Assembly: GCA_028868825.1 (NCBI GenBank)
Contig: JAGWTU010000028.1
Coordinates: 789 to 64,788 of the forward strand
From: Burkholderiales bacterium
GTDB lineage: Bacteria; Pseudomonadota; Gammaproteobacteria; Burkholderiales; Burkholderiaceae_C
Length of the DNA: 64,000 nucleotides
Direction: 5' to 3'
Shown here: positions 1-8,033 of the stretch, piece after piece
Layout: every line of letters begins with the position of its first letter
How positions within the stretch are numbered: the stretch's first letter is position 1
Program-made: the position numbers and the translations under genes
The notes under the pieces: generated by a model
The model's input: only the letters and a program-made list of their open reading frames with translations
The model's database searches: none
What the model was told of the DNA's origin: nothing

Positions 1-331
1 ATCGTCAAGTTGAAGACGATGGAAGGCCAGCGGTGCGGGATCTGCAGTTCCTCCTTGTACGCAGCGGCGCAGCCGGACGACACGATCAGGATCACCACCA
101 CCGAGAACAGCGCCGCCGCCCAGTACATCGGGTAGAGGCGGAAGAAGCGGTTCTCGGCGTAGCCGCGGATGCCGCGCCAGTCGTAGCCGTAGGTCCCGTG
201 CATGATCATCGTCATCAGGAAACCGCTGAGGACGAAGAACGAGAACACCGCATCGGGCCCGATGACCGGGATGTCGAGCAGGTGGAGGCCACCACGAAGA
301 GGGCGAGCATCGTTCTGTAGAAACCGAACAT
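1..331 (-). pseudogene. Acyltransferase family 3 (O-acyltransferase) gene, 5' part. It appears frameshifted and continues past the window start.
   Basis: On the minus strand, GGAGGG-N3-ATG sits at 331. That frame reads MFGFYRTMLALFVVAS and then hits TGA at 217-215. The adjacent frame from about 284 to 1 reads HLLDIPVIGPDAVFSFFVLSGFLMTMIMHGTYGYDWRGIRGYAENRFFRLYPMYWAAALF. Together these give the acyltransferase_3 signature (R..A.L.VV..H plus FFVLSGFL), split by a 1-nt frame change near 284-287. The second frame has no start codon upstream of the His. Confidence 0.45.
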
Positions 332-462
332 GTTCCCTCCGATGCGTCCGGGCGCCTAGCGCGACGCCGGCGCCAACGCGGCCGCCTGGCGTTGCGGTGC
401 GGCAGGCGATTGCCCGTCACCGGCGCCCGGCGCGCAGGCGCAGACTCGTTGCATCGGCCGGC

Positions 463-1428
463 TCAGGCCCGTGGCGACAGGGACATCAGCCATGAATAGA
501 TCAACCTCAATTGCAATGCGCGGGGGAAAGTCCTGATCGATGACTTCGAGGCGATCTCGCGAAAATACCGATGATCCTTCTCGTTCCAGGCCCACTGCGC
601 GGCCTCGATATTCGAGTCCACGATCGCCTGTTCGATGTCCGACCCGTATTTGGGCGGAATCCAGCCATCACGCCAGGCCTGGCGGAGCATCTCCGCACGC
701 TGCGTGTAGACCCTGCTCTTCTTCCTGGAGAAGCTGCCGCCATGGCGCCGGGTCTCGACCGTGATCCGATGGTCGCAGGCCACCCGCCCATGCAGCACGA
801 ACCGCCAGGTCAGATGGGCATCCCAGCAACCCAGGCGGCTGAATTGGGGATCGATGCCGCCGCACCGCTCGTACAGTTCGCGGCTGAAACAGGTGGAAGT
901 GGGGAAGACCGGATTGTTCCTCAGGAACGGCCCCAGCAGATCATGACCCAGGTCCTGAAATCCGTCCGCATCGGGCTTGGGGAAGGATTTCATCCAACCG
1001 GGGGGGATGTCGGCAAACGCATCGTAGTTCGGTCGCGAGTCCGGACCGAAGCTGGAGAAATTGGAAAACGTGTAGTCCACTTCCGGGTAGGCGTCCAGGA
1101 GCCTGACTCTGCGCGAAAGATGTTCCGGCCGCCAGCGGTCATCGTCGTCGCAAAGGGCGATCCACTCGTTGGAGCATCGCTCGATCGCCTTCTTCAATGC
1201 GGTGCCGGGTCCGCAATTCTCGATCTTGATATAGACGATGTCCTTGCTGACCGCTTCGATGGCTTCCCGCGTGCCGTCGGACGATCCGTCGTCCACGATG
1301 ACGATCTCGCTCGGCGGATACGCCTGCCCGAGTATGCAACCCAAGGTCTCGGGAATGATGTGGGCGCGATTGTAGGTGGCAATGGCGACCGAGATCTTTC
1401 TGTCGTTGCTCATGACCGGTGATGTCAA
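463..1428 (-). CDS. Glycosyltransferase family 2
   Basis: N-terminus ISVAIATYNRAHIIPETLGCILGQAYPPSEIVIVDDGSSDGT and a later DDDD (DXD-like) motif are typical of GT2. The start overlaps the upstream stop by 4 nt. Confidence 0.85.
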   Translation of the reverse strand: MTSPVMSNDRKISVAIATYNRAHIIPETLGCILGQAYPPSEIVIVDDGSSDGTREAIEAVSKDIVYIKIENCGPGTALKKAIERCSNEWIALCDDDDRWRPEHLSRRVRLLDAYPEVDYTFSNFSSFGPDSRPNYDAFADIPPGWMKSFPKPDADGFQDLGHDLLGPFLRNNPVFPTSTCFSRELYERCGGIDPQFSRLGCWDAHLTWRFVLHGRVACDHRITVETRRHGGSFSRKKSRVYTQRAEMLRQAWRDGWIPPKYGSDIEQAIVDSNIEAAQWAWNEKDHRYFREIASKSSIRTFPRALQLRLIYSWLMSLSPRA

Positions 1429-2072
1429 TCGTTGATGGGCGTGGCGACGGCGACGAACTGGTAGTACTTCATGTCCGCAGCCCAGGATCCCAGCAGCGGA
1501 TGCAGCAGTCGAGTCTTGTTTCCAGACTCGAAGTACGGATTGATGCCTTGCACCTTCGTGACCTCGTACCGGGCATCGGCAATCGTGCGCCGCAGACTTC
1601 TTTCGGTGAAGAATCGGAGATGCGTGTCATCGAGTATGCCCATCGGCGTGTATTTCCAATCCTTGCCGAACAGGAGATTCTTGACGTTCTCCACGTATCG
1701 AACATTCGGCACGCAACAGATCAGGACGCCGTTCTTCTTGAGCTTCCTGCGGGCCAGCTCCAGCGGAGTGCGCGGTTCGGGGAAATGTTCCAGGCTGTCG
1801 TTGAACGTCACGACGTCGAAGAAATCGTCGGGAATGGGCGATTCGGCGTCGAAGTAGCCGTGTATGACCTTGTCCAGCACCTTCGTGGCGTTCTTTGCCG
1901 TGGCTGCCACCGGCTCGACTCCCCACACCACGGCGCCGGACTGCTTCTTGACCTTGGCGCCGAATTCTCCGGACGAGCATCCGATATCCAGCAAGGTGGA
2001 AAACTTTCCGGGTAGATAGTCCAGGATCACGGCACGGTCGCCGGTGTACTTCTTTCCGTCCTCGTGACTCAA
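1425..2072 (-). CDS. Class I SAM-dependent methyltransferase
   Basis: SAM-binding motif I LLDIGCSSGEFG and later FDVVTFNDSLEHF. GC content is visibly lower than the rest of the window. Confidence 0.8.
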   Translation of the reverse strand: MSHEDGKKYTGDRAVILDYLPGKFSTLLDIGCSSGEFGAKVKKQSGAVVWGVEPVAATAKNATKVLDKVIHGYFDAESPIPDDFFDVVTFNDSLEHFPEPRTPLELARRKLKKNGVLICCVPNVRYVENVKNLLFGKDWKYTPMGILDDTHLRFFTERSLRRTIADARYEVTKVQGINPYFESGNKTRLLHPLLGSWAADMKYYQFVAVATPIND

Positions 2073-2145
2073 TTCGTTCTCCTCTGGTTCTTGTTCATTC
2101 GCAATTCACGCCGTTCGGCCGACGCCGGCAAGCGAGACCACGCCA

Positions 2146-3807
2146 TTACGCTGGATGGCGCCAGTTCGGTGCATGGCTGCGCAGCCAATGTTCCAACATG
2201 ACCAGAATCCAGACCATCGTTCCGTAGTAATGCGGATGGTCCGGGAGCAGTCGGTCGAACAATTGGCTCTCGAATTCGGGCCGGACGATGCCGCGGGCGA
2301 CGAGGGAAGACACGGCGTCGACCGACAGGCGCCGAAGTCCGTCGTGCTGCACCATCCAGACCCCGAAGGGCAGGCCGAATCCCTGCTTCTTCTTGGTGAT
2401 GACGCCGTCGGGAAGAAAACCGCGCAAGGCCTCCTTGAAAAACCAGCGCAGCGCGTCGCCGCGCAGTTTGTAATCAGCCGGCAGCGTCATCGAGAAATCG
2501 ACGAGTGCGTCGTCGAGCATCGGGAATCCGACGGAAACGCCTGCCATCGTCGATGTGCCGACGACCTTGGGCAGGTCGCATTCGGCCAGCGTGTAGCGCC
2601 AGTCGTAGGCCAGATGGCGGTCGATCCCGTCAGTGCATTCGGCTTCGGCCCAGACCGCGCGCTGCTGGCGCACGGCGTCGGCGGGCTCGATGGCGGCGAC
2701 GAAGTCCCGCGTCAGCGCGGTGGACTCGCCGATCCGGCGCACATGGTTGTAGTCCTGGCCGCGTTCGGGCATGCCGAGATTGGCCAGCCGGATGTAGTTC
2801 GAACCCTTGCGCAGCCCAGGCAGGCTGGAGACGATGCCCAGGCCGAAGAACGGCTCGAGGAAACCGCGGCGGATCAATGCCGGAATGCGCGCGTAGGGTT
2901 CGAACAGCCTGTCGGTCGCATAGCGCGAATTGCCCCCGAACAGTTCGTCGCCACCGTCGCCGGCGAGCAGGCGGGTGATGCCGTCGGCGCGGGCGCGCTC
3001 GGCGCAGTGGAACGCCGGCAGCGCCGACGAATTGCCGAACGGCTGGTCGTACCAGGCGGCGACCTTGGGGATGTCGCGCACCAGATCCTCGGGGCTGAAG
3101 TAGATCTCGCGGTGTTCGCAGCCGAAATGCTTCGCGGCCAGCCTCGCGTACTCCATTTCGTCGTAGCCCTGGGCGGCAAAGCCGATGGAATAGGCCACCG
3201 CGGGTCGGCCCGCGGCCAGGCCGATCATTCCCGCTATGGTCGAGCTGTCGGTGCCGCCGCTGAGATAGCAGGCGGGTGTGCTGCCGTCGAGCTGGCGCGC
3301 CACGGCGTCCTGCAGCAGACGGCGGAATTCGGCGCGCAGCGCTTCGAAATCGGGTTCACGCCGGGGCTTGAACGCGGGCGTCCAGTAACGCTGCGGCGTC
3401 AGGCGGCCGTCCTTGAACAGGCCCCAATGCGCCGCCGGCAGGCGCTGCACGCCGTCGAACACGGTGCGCGGCGAGGGCACGACATGGAAATACAGGTAGT
3501 CGTACATCGCCTGCGGGCTGAGAGAGGCGCCCGCGGCCAGTTCATCGGCACGCTCGGCAAAGCGCAGGCTGCCGCCTTCGATGCGCCAGCACAGGGTGCG
3601 GATGGCAAAGCGGTCGACGGCGATGAAGACGCTGCCGTCGTCCAGCGGCAAGGCGACCGCGAAATCGCCACCGACCTGGGACGCGGCCGCGGCGACCCCG
3701 ACGCGGCTTATGAGGCTGCGCCAGGCCTGCGCCGGTTCGAGCGCGGCGTCGTCGGGGTCGGCGAACCGGGGTGATCCGATGCAGATTGAAGTGAGCGTGG
3801 TGTCCAT
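2146..3807 (-). CDS. Asparagine synthetase B family amidotransferase/ligase with a truncated N-terminal domain that lacks the Cys nucleophile
   Basis: PP-loop YLSGGTDSS at residues 181-189 and a long AsnB-like C-terminal synthetase domain. The N-terminus is MDTTLTSICIGS, not MCG. Confidence 0.8.
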   Translation of the reverse strand: MDTTLTSICIGSPRFADPDDAALEPAQAWRSLISRVGVAAAASQVGGDFAVALPLDDGSVFIAVDRFAIRTLCWRIEGGSLRFAERADELAAGASLSPQAMYDYLYFHVVPSPRTVFDGVQRLPAAHWGLFKDGRLTPQRYWTPAFKPRREPDFEALRAEFRRLLQDAVARQLDGSTPACYLSGGTDSSTIAGMIGLAAGRPAVAYSIGFAAQGYDEMEYARLAAKHFGCEHREIYFSPEDLVRDIPKVAAWYDQPFGNSSALPAFHCAERARADGITRLLAGDGGDELFGGNSRYATDRLFEPYARIPALIRRGFLEPFFGLGIVSSLPGLRKGSNYIRLANLGMPERGQDYNHVRRIGESTALTRDFVAAIEPADAVRQQRAVWAEAECTDGIDRHLAYDWRYTLAECDLPKVVGTSTMAGVSVGFPMLDDALVDFSMTLPADYKLRGDALRWFFKEALRGFLPDGVITKKKQGFGLPFGVWMVQHDGLRRLSVDAVSSLVARGIVRPEFESQLFDRLLPDHPHYYGTMVWILVMLEHWLRSHAPNWRHPA

Positions 3808-3835
3808 GCGTGGAGTTTGGGAGAACCTGGAGATT

Positions 3836-5302
3836 TCAAGCGTCGCGGATGCGGCGAGCCTGCAGCCGCGTCCTGAGGGGATTTGCGGCGCGCATGACCT
3901 CGCCCCACAGCGGGTGCCGGGTCGCCCGCACAGCCGCGAGCCAGGCCAAGGTGGTCAGCGAGCCGCCGATCAGCAACTGCCAGATGTAGTTGCCGGGGTG
4001 GGCCGGCATGACGTTGACGACGAGGACCATCGGCGCGAGCGCGAGCAGGGCCACCAGCAGGCTCGATGCCACCGACTCCCATAGACCGGCAACCGTGAAC
4101 CCGGCGCCGACCCGCATATGCCATTGCGACAGCCCGACCGTGCAGACGGCCGATGCCACCATGCCCCAGCAGGCGCCGGTGAGTCCCAAAGGAATCGCGA
4201 GCAGGAGCCCCAGTACCTGGGCGAGTTGTTGCAGGAACTGCAGCCTGGTTGCTAGTTTGACCTTGCCGCTGGACATCAAGGCTTCCTTGGCCATCGTGTG
4301 CATCATTTCCATGAATCCAGCCACGCAGAGGATTTGCGCGAGCGGCACCGCAGCGTCCCATTGCGGACCATAGACGATGCGTATGAGCGGAAACGCGGCC
4401 AATCCGAGGAAACCGATGATCGTGAAGGCGACGCCATTGAGCAGCTTGGCGCTGTGCGTATAGGCGCGTGACACGTTGCCGTCATCCCGGTCGGCGCGGG
4501 CGAAATACGGCATGAACACGGGGCCCACGGCCCGCGTGACCAGCATTCTGAACATCTGCATGAGGCCACCGCCGCGGCTGAAAAGGGCGACGCCGGTGAT
4601 GTCGAGCGCGCGACCGAGGATCATCTCCGGCGCGCCGCGGCCGAGTTGACCGATGGCGTAAAGACCGCTGGCGTAAGCGCCGAAACGCGCCACCTCGGCG
4701 AATCCCTTCGTCCCCGGCCAGCGGGGAAACTCCTTCGGCCTCAAGGCCATCGAGACGACGACGGTGATGACGACGCCCGCCAGGGACGAGTAGGCCAGGC
4801 TCAAGGCACCGAGGCCTCGCAAGCCGAGCCCTATCGCGACGATGAGGCTGACGACGTCCGAGGCGACGCTGCAGAAGAATATCGGCCTGAAATTCAGCTC
4901 GCGCCGGAACCAGGCCATGTTGATCGCCCCGAAGGGGATCAACAGGAAATTCACGCTCTGCACCTGCATCACCGTGGTGATTTCGGGCGAGCGATAGAAG
5001 GCGCCCACCGGCGACGCAAGGAGCAGCATCGCCAGGCCCATCGACCACGAGGTGACGATATTGACGAGGAAGGCCGCCCGGATGCGTTGGGTATCGAGAT
5101 CCTTCGCCTGGATCAGGTATTCGCCGATGCCGAAATCCCGCACGGTGCTGGCCAATGCGGCAAAGACGGCGGCAATGGCAAAGACGCCGACCTGCGCGGG
5201 TGTGAGGATGCGTGAAAGAACCGCGGTCGAGACCAGTTGCAGGCCTATGCTCACATAGGTCTGGACGGCGGAATAGGCGATCGATCGGCGCAAGTCAGAC
5301 AT
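3836..5302 (-). CDS. Polysaccharide/oligosaccharide flippase (MOP/Wzx-like polysaccharide biosynthesis protein)
   Basis: 488 aa, polytopic and hydrophobic. N-terminus AYSAVQTYVSIGLQLVSTAVLSRILTPAQVGVFAIA is typical of the Polysacc_synt family. Confidence 0.8.
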   Translation of the reverse strand: MSDLRRSIAYSAVQTYVSIGLQLVSTAVLSRILTPAQVGVFAIAAVFAALASTVRDFGIGEYLIQAKDLDTQRIRAAFLVNIVTSWSMGLAMLLLASPVGAFYRSPEITTVMQVQSVNFLLIPFGAINMAWFRRELNFRPIFFCSVASDVVSLIVAIGLGLRGLGALSLAYSSLAGVVITVVVSMALRPKEFPRWPGTKGFAEVARFGAYASGLYAIGQLGRGAPEMILGRALDITGVALFSRGGGLMQMFRMLVTRAVGPVFMPYFARADRDDGNVSRAYTHSAKLLNGVAFTIIGFLGLAAFPLIRIVYGPQWDAAVPLAQILCVAGFMEMMHTMAKEALMSSGKVKLATRLQFLQQLAQVLGLLLAIPLGLTGACWGMVASAVCTVGLSQWHMRVGAGFTVAGLWESVASSLLVALLALAPMVLVVNVMPAHPGNYIWQLLIGGSLTTLAWLAAVRATRHPLWGEVMRAANPLRTRLQARRIRDA

Positions 5303-5314
5303 GGTCGGCCTGCA

Positions 5315-6325
5315 TCAATGGGTCTGCGACCATGTGCGCCATGTCCGCCATTTGCAGCGGGCGGTATACAGCAACCACTTCAGGCCGGGTGCAGCCCCTA
5401 GGGCTTGGCCTGCGTAATGGCTGGCGTTGGGCCAGTCGCCCGCGGCGGCGTAATCGACCGCGATCTTCTTCAATGCGTAGCCTTTGTGCAAGCGGGCGTG
5501 GCGGCGGATGGCGGGGTCGGCGCTGCGTGCCAGCACGCGGTCCATCACGAGCGTCTGGTACAGGCGCTTGTCGATGCCGGCGGTGGCGGTGGTCACGTTG
5601 TTGCGCTGGCTCGGATCGGGCACATGGTGGCGCGAGACGACCGCCGGGTGATGGAGCATCAGCCGCGCCGGCTCGATCAGGTCGAGGTAGAGCTTGCGAT
5701 CCTGCTCCCAGCGGATGCCCTCGTCCATGCCGCCGACGCGCTCGTAGAGTTCGCGCCGGACCGTGAAGACGTTGAGGTGGCAGAAGCCGTCGATGCGCAA
5801 CAGGTCGGCCACCGTCACCTCGTAGCGTCCCTGCTCGTCGGGGCGGCGCCCGCGCGCCTCGAGGTCGGCGGCCAGCGCGCCCAGCCACAGCAGGCCCAGG
5901 CTGCGGTCACCGATCCAGGCCTCCTGGTTGCCCATGTAGAGATCGAGCACGCGGCCTTGCGCCGCGGCATCGCCGATGGCGCGCGCGACGCGGTCGAGGT
6001 GCCCGCTGTCGGTCCAGCGGTCATCGTCGTCGAGGAAGCAGAGGTGGCTGCCGCGCGCGTGCGCCGCACCGGTATTGAGCGCATAGCTCGGGCCATGGCC
6101 CCGCGGCCGCTCGACGAGCCGGTGCAGCGACCAGCGTTCGCCCAGCCTTTGCGCCGCCGCATCCCAGATCGGTTGGTAAGCCGACAGCGATTCGGCGCTC
6201 GATCCATCGTCGACGACGACGATCTCGACGTCGTCGCGGCCCTGCGCGAGCACCGAATCCAGCGCCTCGGCGAAGAGGGCGGGGCGGTTGCGCGTCGCGA
6301 TGACGACCGAGATCAGCGGGTTCAT
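5315..6325 (-). CDS. Glycosyltransferase family 2
   Basis: Internal start MNPLISVVIATRNRPALFAEALDSVLAQGRDDVEIVVVDDGSS, then FLDDDDRW. The ATG at 6325 overlaps the upstream stop by 4 nt. The upstream 282 aa of the listed ORF are Arg/Ala-rich run-on sequence. Confidence 0.8.
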   Translation of the reverse strand: MNPLISVVIATRNRPALFAEALDSVLAQGRDDVEIVVVDDGSSAESLSAYQPIWDAAAQRLGERWSLHRLVERPRGHGPSYALNTGAAHARGSHLCFLDDDDRWTDSGHLDRVARAIGDAAAQGRVLDLYMGNQEAWIGDRSLGLLWLGALAADLEARGRRPDEQGRYEVTVADLLRIDGFCHLNVFTVRRELYERVGGMDEGIRWEQDRKLYLDLIEPARLMLHHPAVVSRHHVPDPSQRNNVTTATAGIDKRLYQTLVMDRVLARSADPAIRRHARLHKGYALKKIAVDYAAAGDWPNASHYAGQALGAAPGLKWLLYTARCKWRTWRTWSQTH

Positions 6326-7203
6326 CGGGGTTCGCCCGGTCCGGGCTTCGCGCCCAGCAGCCAGCCGCCGAGGATTTCGCGCAGCAGGCCGCGCGACTCC
6401 GATGCCGAGAAGGTCTGGTCGGCATCGGGCAGGTCGTGACGATCGACGCGCCGCGGCGAGGTCAGCGCGCGCTGCCAGGGCGGCGCCGACGCGACGAGCT
6501 CGTCGAATTCGCGGCTGACCTGGCTGCGTCCGCTCATCACCAGCAGCAGATCGCCGCGGTAGCGCGTCAGCCCCTGGCACATGCGATCGATGAAATGCGG
6601 TGTGGTTGCCGCGGCGCGCGGCCGCGCGCCGATCAGCGCCGCGCATCGCGAACGGGCGCTGCGCGCCAGCGTGCCCAGCGCCGGCCTGGGGTCGTACTGC
6701 CCGCGCAGCACCTTGGACCAGAAATCGCGATCGAGGATGCGGCGGCTGAAATGGTCGACGGCGACCTTGTCGGCCGTCTCGTCGGTGTGCACCCAGGGGT
6801 TGCCGAGCGCGATGCCGGTGACCTCGGGGTATTGCCAGGCATTGATCATGATCGCCGACGCGGCGTCGCAGCCGCCCCAGAGCACGACCTCGTTCAAGCC
6901 CGGCACCTGGGCGCGGAAGGCCGCGATCGCCGCGCCGATGTCGGCGCCGACATCCTCGAAGCCGCCGAAGCGCCCCTCGCTGTCGCCCAGACCGCGGTGG
7001 TCGAAGCGCATCATCGGGATGCCCATCGCGGCGAGGTCGCGCGCCAGTTCGACCTGCAGCCGATTCACGCCGGCGCGGTATTGCGGGCCGCCGGCGACGA
7101 CCAGCAGCAGGCCGCGCGCCGCGACCTGCTCGGGCCGATGGACGATGCCGACGAGCTCGCTCCCCTCGCATTCGAAGACGATCGGCAGTTCGGTCGACTT
7201 CAT
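6322..7203 (-). CDS. Alpha/beta hydrolase, exosortase A system-associated 'hydrolase 1' type
   Basis: Starts at MKSTELPIVFECEG. Contains FDHRGLGDSEG and a nucleophile elbow VVLWGGCDAAS with Cys at the nucleophile position. Paired with a second hydrolase through 4-nt overlaps. Confidence 0.7.
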   Translation of the reverse strand: MKSTELPIVFECEGSELVGIVHRPEQVAARGLLLVVAGGPQYRAGVNRLQVELARDLAAMGIPMMRFDHRGLGDSEGRFGGFEDVGADIGAAIAAFRAQVPGLNEVVLWGGCDAASAIMINAWQYPEVTGIALGNPWVHTDETADKVAVDHFSRRILDRDFWSKVLRGQYDPRPALGTLARSARSRCAALIGARPRAAATTPHFIDRMCQGLTRYRGDLLLVMSGRSQVSREFDELVASAPPWQRALTSPRRVDRHDLPDADQTFSASESRGLLREILGGWLLGAKPGPGEPR

Positions 7204-8033
7204 GCTTGCGCTCCCATCAGGCGCGAGGTCGTCGCGATCAGATCGGGCGCCGATTCGGGAACCTGCAATTGCCAGATCTTGGGGCACACGGCCACCGCCG
7301 TCGCGACCTCGACGCCGACGCCGCGGATCTGCTCGACGGCGCGCTGGCTCGGAAGCGCCAGGCCGGTGTCGGAGGGGCCGACCATCTCGATCCAGTCGAT
7401 GCGCGGGCCCGGCGCGGCGAGGTGGTCGGCGAGCCGCATCGCCGCCAGGCCTTCGGCGAGCGCCGGCGTCAGCGGATAGCCGCCGACCTCGAGCGTCTCG
7501 CCGCCGCGCAGGCGCTCGCGTATCGATTCGGTCGTCTCGCGGGCCTCGGCGTGGACGATCTGCGTGGCGATGCGCAAGCGCAGGTGCTGGTTCAGGAACA
7601 GCTTGCCGTCGAGCACGGGCTGCCAGAAAAGCAGCCGCTCGACGGCGACCTCGCGCGCCGCGGCCAGCCGCGCCGCCAGCAAGGCACCGGTGCGCACGCC
7701 CCAGACGGTGAGCGGCAGCGCGCTGTCGTCGGCGAGCCAGCGCGCGGCCCGCTTCGCGTCGTCGAGCCAGAGATCCCAGTCGCCCTCGAGCGTCGAGCCG
7801 CCGCTCTCGCCGGTGCCGTGGTAGTCCAGCAGCAGGCAGCGATAGCCGAGCGCCGCCAGCGCGCGCGCCTGCTTGGCGGCATGGGCGCGGCAACGGTTCA
7901 TCTCCTCGGTGAAAGGCGGCAGGTAGAGCAGGGCGCCGCGGCGGGTCCCGGTGGGGACGATGTCGAGCGCGAACAGTCGCCGACCGCCGAGTTCGAGGAA
8001 ACGCGGTCGGGCGTGCGAGGTCCGTTCGCTCAC
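7200..8033 (-). CDS. Alpha/beta hydrolase-fold protein, exosortase A system-associated 'hydrolase 2' type
   Basis: GTG start (VSERTSH) overlapping the upstream stop as GTGA. Contains LLLDYHGTGESGG and an elbow-position sequence LTVWGVRTGALLA with Arg where the nucleophile is expected. Confidence 0.65.
   Translation of the reverse strand: MSERTSHARPRFLELGGRRLFALDIVPTGTRRGALLYLPPFTEEMNRCRAHAAKQARALAALGYRCLLLDYHGTGESGGSTLEGDWDLWLDDAKRAARWLADDSALPLTVWGVRTGALLAARLAAAREVAVERLLFWQPVLDGKLFLNQHLRLRIATQIVHAEARETTESIRERLRGGETLEVGGYPLTPALAEGLAAMRLADHLAAPGPRIDWIEMVGPSDTGLALPSQRAVEQIRGVGVEVATAVAVCPKIWQLQVPESAPDLIATTSRLMGAQA

Noticed and set aside
33-320. 95-aa plus-strand ORF at the window start, and the 202-495 plus-strand ORF
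   Set aside because: The composition is implausible (His/Arg/Asp/Glu runs). The opposite strand encodes clear acyltransferase-3 sequence.
5315-7171. Long N-terminal extensions of listed ORFs: 5315-7171, 6322-7893, 7200-8636, 12202-14730, 14039-18496, 28981-30024, 47298-48536, 51485-52987, 52258-55644, 54024-56570, 56033-59437 and 56072-59446
   Set aside because: The extensions are Arg/Pro/Ala-rich run-on sequence that overlaps the upstream gene. In each case the recognisable protein begins at an internal ATG or GTG, which often overlaps the upstream stop by 1 or 4 nt. I used those internal starts.
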